Of a DNA stretch of 36,451 bases, positions 32,198-36,451 are shown piece after piece. Each line of letters starts with the position of its first letter. Position 1 is the stretch's first letter. Source of the DNA: Minisyncoccia bacterium (lineage in GTDB: Bacteria > Patescibacteriota > Minisyncoccia > Phycocordibacterales > UBA918). The stretch is from assembly GCA_050299955.1 (NCBI GenBank), contig JBNKWW010000061.1:1-36451 (forward strand), in the 5' to 3' direction. Both the position numbers and the translations under genes were made by a program. Under the pieces are notes generated by a model. It ran no database searches. It had not been told where the DNA came from and saw nothing but the letters and a program-made list of their open reading frames with translations.

Positions 32198-34189
32198 TCA
32201 ATCAATCTCTATTACTGTCCCCAAAAATCCATCATCACTATCGAAGCCTCCGAAGCTGTTGCCACTAGAACTTCTAGTCGTTCCTTCCCCACCCTCAATG
32301 TGTTCACTCTCAATATCTTTAAGGAAAGTTGAAGCAATGTTAATTCTCTGAGTACCAAAAATAGTACGCATCTTGGCATAAGTGAGGAATACTTTTTTCT
32401 CAGCACGTGTCAGCGCCACATAAAAGAGTCGCCTCTCTTCTTCTTGGTCTGCCCCTTTTTCATCAAGTCGTTCGTGTGGGAATAGTCCTTCTTCAAGACC
32501 GGTCACAAAAACATAAGGAAACTCAAGGCCTTTTGAGGCGTGTACCGTCATCAATCGCACGGCGTCACGTTCTTCTTTGGCCTTCATCTCGTCTTGATCA
32601 CTCTGCAAAGCCGCGTCTTCTATCACCGCTGCGACAGCTTCTTCCGGATCCATTTCGTCGTAACGCACCGCGAGAGTTACCAACTCTTGCAAGTTTTCAA
32701 AACGCTCCAGGTCTTCTTCGGTGCCGTTTTTCTTAAGGTCGGATTCTATTCCGGTACGTTTAATAATGAAGCGTAAAGTCTCGGACAACTTTTTAGTTCT
32801 GGCTTCGTCAGCTATGTCTTGCATCATTTGGTCAAACTGTTCTACTTTAGTTAGTGTCGCTCCTTTCAACTCACCTCGTCGACCTTCCAGTATCTTGAGT
32901 AAGGTGGCTGGGCCGATACCGCGAGTTGGTGAATTGATGACTCTGGAGAGGTCAGCAGTACTGTCTGGGTTGAGTGACAAACGTAAATAAGAAAGCACAT
33001 CCTTCACCTCCTTCCTTTCAAAAAATTTGGTGCCAAGCATTTGGTATGGAACCTCGAAGTTGATAAAAGCTTCTTCCAAAACGCGTGATTGGAAGTTGGT
33101 GCGGAAGAGTACGGCGATATCCGATGGCGCTGCCCCGTCAGCTATGAGTGACTTGGCAGTCATAGCTATGTATTCCGCCTCGTCAGCTCCTGTTAAAGCG
33201 ACGAAAAGAGTAATTTTTTCTCCATCAGCATTGCTGGTAAAAACAGTTTTATCTACTCGGTTTTGGTTCTTTTTGATAACACTGTTGCTGGCTGCGATGA
33301 TGGTTTTGGTTGAGCGGTAGTTTTCTTCAAGTAAAACAGTTTTCGCGCCAGCAAAGTGTTTTTCAAACTGTAATACGTTTTTAATGTCAGCTCCGCGCCA
33401 TCCGTAGACTGACTGGTCGATGTCGCCTACTACACAGATATTTTGCTGCTCGCCAGCCAAGAGGCGGGCGATTTCGTACTGTACTCTGTTGGTGTCTTGA
33501 TACTCGTCAATGTGGATATAACGGAAGCGATTTTGTAGCTTATTTAGAACTTCTGGATTTGATTTGAGCATCCCGAGTGTTTTTACAAGAAGGTCATCAA
33601 AGTCTAGGGCGTGTTCTTCTTTGAGAGTTCGGTCATAGCGTTCCCATACATCGGCTACTACCTCAGCAAAAGGTGAAGAGATTTCGCTGCGAAAATCAAC
33701 CAAGCTAATAGCATCGCCTTTATTTCTTGATATGGCACTCAGAACCTTACGCGGTTCAAAACGTTTAGGGTCGTGACCACCAGCCTCGAGAGCTTTTTTT
33801 ATTGCGCGGGAGCTATCACTTCGGTCATAAATAACGAAGTGTTTGCGAAGACCTAAAGCTTCGTGAAACTCACGCAGGAGCCGTACACCAAGAGAGTGAA
33901 AGGTGGTAACGGTCGGTTCGCTGTCTATGGCTGCAGAATTGCTCCCTGGAAATTCCTTTATTAGAGCGGTCACTCGTTCACGCATTTCTTTAGCGGCTTT
34001 GTTGGTGAAGGTGACAGCGAGAATGTTGTGAGGGGCTACGCCTTGGTGAATGATGTGTACAATGCGGTGAGTAATCACTCTGGTTTTTCCCGATCCAGCA
34101 CCGGCCAAAACCATCAAAGGGCCTTCAGTGGTCAAGACTGCTTCTTGCTGCTTTTCATTTAAGCCTTCGATATAAGGTAAATTCGTCAT
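32198..34189 (-). CDS. pcrA: UvrD/PcrA-family ATP-dependent DNA helicase
   Basis: Motif I AGAGSGKTRV, Ia TFTNKAAKEM, II DEYQDTN, and V/VI TVHASKGLEF and YVALTRA. The ATG at 34189 is preferred over the upstream TTG at 34225. Confidence 0.93.
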   Translation of the reverse strand: MTNLPYIEGLNEKQQEAVLTTEGPLMVLAGAGSGKTRVITHRIVHIIHQGVAPHNILAVTFTNKAAKEMRERVTALIKEFPGSNSAAIDSEPTVTTFHSLGVRLLREFHEALGLRKHFVIYDRSDSSRAIKKALEAGGHDPKRFEPRKVLSAISRNKGDAISLVDFRSEISSPFAEVVADVWERYDRTLKEEHALDFDDLLVKTLGMLKSNPEVLNKLQNRFRYIHIDEYQDTNRVQYEIARLLAGEQQNICVVGDIDQSVYGWRGADIKNVLQFEKHFAGAKTVLLEENYRSTKTIIAASNSVIKKNQNRVDKTVFTSNADGEKITLFVALTGADEAEYIAMTAKSLIADGAAPSDIAVLFRTNFQSRVLEEAFINFEVPYQMLGTKFFERKEVKDVLSYLRLSLNPDSTADLSRVINSPTRGIGPATLLKILEGRRGELKGATLTKVEQFDQMMQDIADEARTKKLSETLRFIIKRTGIESDLKKNGTEEDLERFENLQELVTLAVRYDEMDPEEAVAAVIEDAALQSDQDEMKAKEERDAVRLMTVHASKGLEFPYVFVTGLEEGLFPHERLDEKGADQEEERRLFYVALTRAEKKVFLTYAKMRTIFGTQRINIASTFLKDIESEHIEGGEGTTRSSSGNSFGGFDSDDGFLGTVIEID

Positions 34190-34483
34190 TGGCGACACTA
34201 TAACCTTTTGGCTTTCAATTCCCAAATGATAACTATTTTTTGAGTTAGAACACAGAAAAAGTTACTGTAAATAGCAAAAAAGGCGCTATGAATAAGGCTG
34301 ATTTGGCCCATTTTTTAAACAGTGGAAAAACCAACAATCGTCAATTGCGGCTAATATAACGTCTTGTATCATATTCATTGTTCTGGGATATTCCCCAATG
34401 TGACGGATGTAGTGATTGAACGGCGACGAGATCGTAATTAAAAAAGTATTCAACCTAGTGAACCAGACACTGACGATTCATCA

Positions 34484-35569
34484 ATGAAGTGGTTTGAAAC
34501 CAACCGTCAGGATACATATATAAGCATAAGTAAGCCGAGTCGTTTTCTTCGCTTGGCTTTGTTTGAGGCGTTGCCACTTCTTATGATGGCGATGTTGCCT
34601 CTTTCGGTACATGCCGGTGTCTGGTCTTCAATGATAGATATTTTTGGCGACAATGTTTTGACCTATGAAAAAAGTCAGACCAAAGTTGGTGCCACCGAAG
34701 TAAAGCTTCTTTCTGCTACTACCAACCCAGACCCTAAAGCGGCCCTAGGCGGCGGCGATATCATCGTCGATTCCGGCAGCTTGGTTTCCGGCGGTCCTTT
34801 TGGCGACGACGATATCGCCGCCGCCCAAAATGGCGAAATCAGCGTTTATGTCGTGCGCGAAGGCGATGCACTTTCTCAAATTGCTGAAATGTTTGATGTA
34901 ACTACCAATACCGTACTTTGGGCCAACAATCTAGACAGTGCCAAAGACATTCATCCGGGCGACAGCCTAGTCATTCTCCCTATTGTGGGTGTGCGCCATG
35001 TTGTAAAGTCAGGCGATACTATTTCTTCAATTGCTAAAAAATACGAGAGCGATGCTGACGAAATTCTTTCATACAATCAACTGGCTTCGGCTAGTGAAGT
35101 TACCGTCGGTTCCACTCTTATTATTCCAGGTGGTAGTTTGCATGAGGTTGTAGAGACCAAAACCACTACCAAGAGTACTGCTTCTAGTGGCACCGTTAAG
35201 GTAGCGGCTTCAGCGGCAACTGGTGGTGGTATGGTCAACCCTCTTCCGGGAAGCGTAAAGACTCAAGGTATCCACGGTTACAATGCGGTTGACCTTTCTG
35301 GTGTGCCGGTTGGCAGTACCGTTAGAGCTGCTATGTCCGGAGAAGTTATCGTAGCGCGCTTTGGTGGATGGAACGGTGGTTACGGAAACTATGTAGTTAT
35401 CCGTCATCCAAACGGAGTGCAGACTCTTTATGCTCACCTCAGTACTGTAGAGGTAGCAGTAGGCGATAGTGTAGATAGAGGTGAAAGAATCGGTGGAGTT
35501 GGTTCGACTGGTAAATCCACCGGCACGCACCTACACTTCGAAGTCCGCGGCTCCAGCAATCCATTTTAG
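34484..35569 (+). CDS. LysM-domain M23-family peptidoglycan metalloendopeptidase
   Basis: Two LysM repeats (YVVREGDALSQIAEMFDVTTNTVLWANNL and HVVKSGDTISSIAKKYESDADEILSYNQL). M23 motifs HGYNAVD, GYGNYVVIRH and GTHLHFEV. The N-terminus carries a signal anchor. Confidence 0.93.
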   Translation: MKWFETNRQDTYISISKPSRFLRLALFEALPLLMMAMLPLSVHAGVWSSMIDIFGDNVLTYEKSQTKVGATEVKLLSATTNPDPKAALGGGDIIVDSGSLVSGGPFGDDDIAAAQNGEISVYVVREGDALSQIAEMFDVTTNTVLWANNLDSAKDIHPGDSLVILPIVGVRHVVKSGDTISSIAKKYESDADEILSYNQLASASEVTVGSTLIIPGGSLHEVVETKTTTKSTASSGTVKVAASAATGGGMVNPLPGSVKTQGIHGYNAVDLSGVPVGSTVRAAMSGEVIVARFGGWNGGYGNYVVIRHPNGVQTLYAHLSTVEVAVGDSVDRGERIGGVGSTGKSTGTHLHFEVRGSSNPF

Positions 35570-35594
35570 GCGCAGAGCTTTGTTGGACTGCGAT

Positions 35595-35637
35595 AAAAAG
35601 ACCCTCCCTGGGCACCTGCCCCAGTCGGGTCTTTTTT
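35595..35637 (+). terminator. Intrinsic terminator
   Basis: AGACCC (35599-35604) pairs with GGGTCT (35627-35632), with an inner CTGGGC/GCCCCAG helix. TTTTT follows. Confidence 0.6.
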
Positions 35638-35804
35638 CTTGTCCGCCTCGCTATGCATCCTAAAATGAATTACTGGTTCCCTCGAACCCATTTTAGAAAA
35701 TTAAGGAGAGCTTTGCTCGACTATATTTTTCTTATGCGGAGCGCATACAAACAAAGAGCTTCAGCGACTATGTTTATACAGCGATAGTAGTGTGGTACTT
35801 GTCA

Positions 35805-36143
35805 CTAATATAAAAACAAGTTGCCTATCTTGACTATAATTTCTCTCAATTCTGCTTGTGTTATTGTGCCGATTTTTTTGTCGAGTCGTTTTTGCGAAAT
35901 TGTACGAACTTGAAAAGTTAATACTTCGGAGTTCTCGGTTAATTTGTTCGTTTTGTTTTTAGTAAGTTGGACGCAGGAGGAGTATTCTTTTATTTTTCTT
36001 GAAAGTGGACAAACTATGGAAACAGGCAGGTGTTCGTTCATTGTGTCACCAGAAACTACAACAACAGGTCGCTTTCCTGATTGTTCTGATCCTTTGGTTG
36101 GATTGAGGTTAGCCCAGTATATTTCCCCTTGCTTGATTTTCAT
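35805..36143 (-). CDS. mazF: MazF/PemK-family type II toxin (endoribonuclease)
   Basis: The N-terminus KQGEIYWANLNPTKGSEQSGKRPVVVVS is the PemK/MazF signature. The protein is 112 aa. Confidence 0.9.
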   Translation of the reverse strand: MKIKQGEIYWANLNPTKGSEQSGKRPVVVVSGDTMNEHLPVSIVCPLSRKIKEYSSCVQLTKNKTNKLTENSEVLTFQVRTISQKRLDKKIGTITQAELREIIVKIGNLFLY

Positions 36144-36147
36144 ACAA

Positions 36148-36384
36148 CTATCTTGTTAGTTCAGAGTAGTCGCCCATTCCCCACTCGGACATTTCAAGTG
36201 TGTCTTCATCAGTACTTACTCGGACAAAGTCCGACTTCATTTGTGCTTGGATACTTTCCTTCCGGTAACGTTCTAGAGCGGACTCTAGGATTTGTCTACG
36301 AGTCCTTTTAGTTTTCTTGGCATGCTCCCCCACCCAATTTAGTAACTGAGGTGAAATAGTGCTGGTGAAAGTTGCTGTTTTCAT
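36148..36384 (-). CDS. Ribbon-helix-helix-type antitoxin for MazF
   Basis: A 78-aa ORF ending 4 nt before the toxin start. The N-terminal beta-strand plus helix pattern (ATFTSTISPQLLNWVGEHAKKTKRTRRQILESALERY) is typical of RHH/CopG antitoxins, and the C-terminus is acidic. Confidence 0.7.
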   Translation of the reverse strand: MKTATFTSTISPQLLNWVGEHAKKTKRTRRQILESALERYRKESIQAQMKSDFVRVSTDEDTLEMSEWGMGDYSELTR

Positions 36385-36420
36385 ACGTATAATTTATACG
36401 TATGTTTTGTATGTGTCAAT
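36382..36420 (-). promoter_or_regulatory. TA promoter TTGACA-17nt-TAAATT with overlapping operator palindrome
   Basis: The minus strand reads TTGACA (revcomp of 36415-36420), 17 nt, TAAATT, 6 nt, ATG. A perfect 10-bp inverted repeat, CATACGTATA-att-TATACGTATG (36382-36404), spans the -10 and the start codon. Confidence 0.6.
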
Positions 36421-36451
36421 ATTCCCTGTTTATTTTGTGTGAATAAGTCAA

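Noticed and set aside
31281-32201. Longer rsmA ORF starting MMCGKRPARSAGL, and the similar KRPARSAGL peptide in ORF 14571-14765.
   Set aside because: The shared peptide is the translation of the repeated terminator hairpin GGCCGGCGC-ttc-GCGCCGGCC. The real rsmA start is the ATG at 32114.
34226-34483. Possible c-di-AMP (ydaO-type) riboswitch upstream of the LysM-M23 hydrolase gene.
   Set aside because: The genomic context is suggestive. However, I cannot find the pseudo-twofold symmetric conserved cores, only a tiny GGGA-tat-TCCC hairpin, so it is not supportable without a covariance-model scan.
35670-35695. The tRNA-like T-arm string GGTTCCCTCGAACCC.
   Set aside because: No acceptor, D or anticodon arms can be built on either strand. 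It is only a short hairpin nested within the CTAAAATG/CATTTTAG stem.
35716-35773. Two imperfect direct repeats of about 20 bp (GAGCTTTGCTCGACTATATTT and GAGCTTCAGCGACTATGTTT), considered as att sites or iterons.
   Set aside because: They match at only about 17 of 21 positions in a single pair, with no associated integrase or rep gene in view. This is too weak to call and is mentioned only as context for the TA module.

Overview
This is a chromosomal segment from a compact, moderately AT-rich bacterial genome. The gene content and short protein versions suggest Patescibacteria/CPR, but that is an inference, not a database result. The window spans the replication-origin neighbourhood: dnaA-dnaN plus a DUF721/DciA-like ORF on the minus strand, diverging from rpmH-rnpA-yidC on the plus strand. 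Between them lies an AT-rich, DnaA-box-bearing spacer. Other confident housekeeping genes are a trmH-like methyltransferase, holA-like, polA, tsaE, a PilB/GspE ATPase, ruvB-yebC-ruvC, tyrS, a class A PBP, rsmA, pcrA and a LysM-M23 peptidase. A mazEF-type toxin-antitoxin pair sits at the right edge. The main accessory feature is an 11-gene minus-strand operon (20006-31218). It encodes a Gram-positive-style minimal type IV secretion-like apparatus: an apparently split VirB4, a PrgI/VirB3-like protein, a VirB6/ConG-like protein and a VirB2-type pilin. Seven further secreted or membrane proteins in it have no recognisable function. No relaxase, coupling protein or integrase is visible in the window. 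Other observations: (1) a free-standing LAGLIDADG homing endonuclease starts 4 nt after an atypical tRNA-Lys(UUU). (2) A REP-like palindromic cluster lies next to that tRNA. (3) A family of GC-clamped bidirectional terminator hairpins shares a GCGAAGC/GCTTCGC apex, and a related palindrome sits in-frame inside tsaE. (4) Three 28-31 bp perfect palindromes occur at the ruvB promoter, the dnaA 3' end and inside the T4SS-like operon. (5) A roughly 190-nt nested-hairpin, MITE-like element lies between rnpA and yidC. (6) A structured candidate ncRNA lies in the 488-bp pilB-ruvB spacer. (7) A -10 hexamer sits 6-7 nt upstream of the ATG of many genes, which suggests widespread leaderless mRNAs. (8) A small GC-rich, SD-led two-gene islet at the left edge looks compositionally foreign. 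All calls rest on motif recognition by eye; no searches were run.
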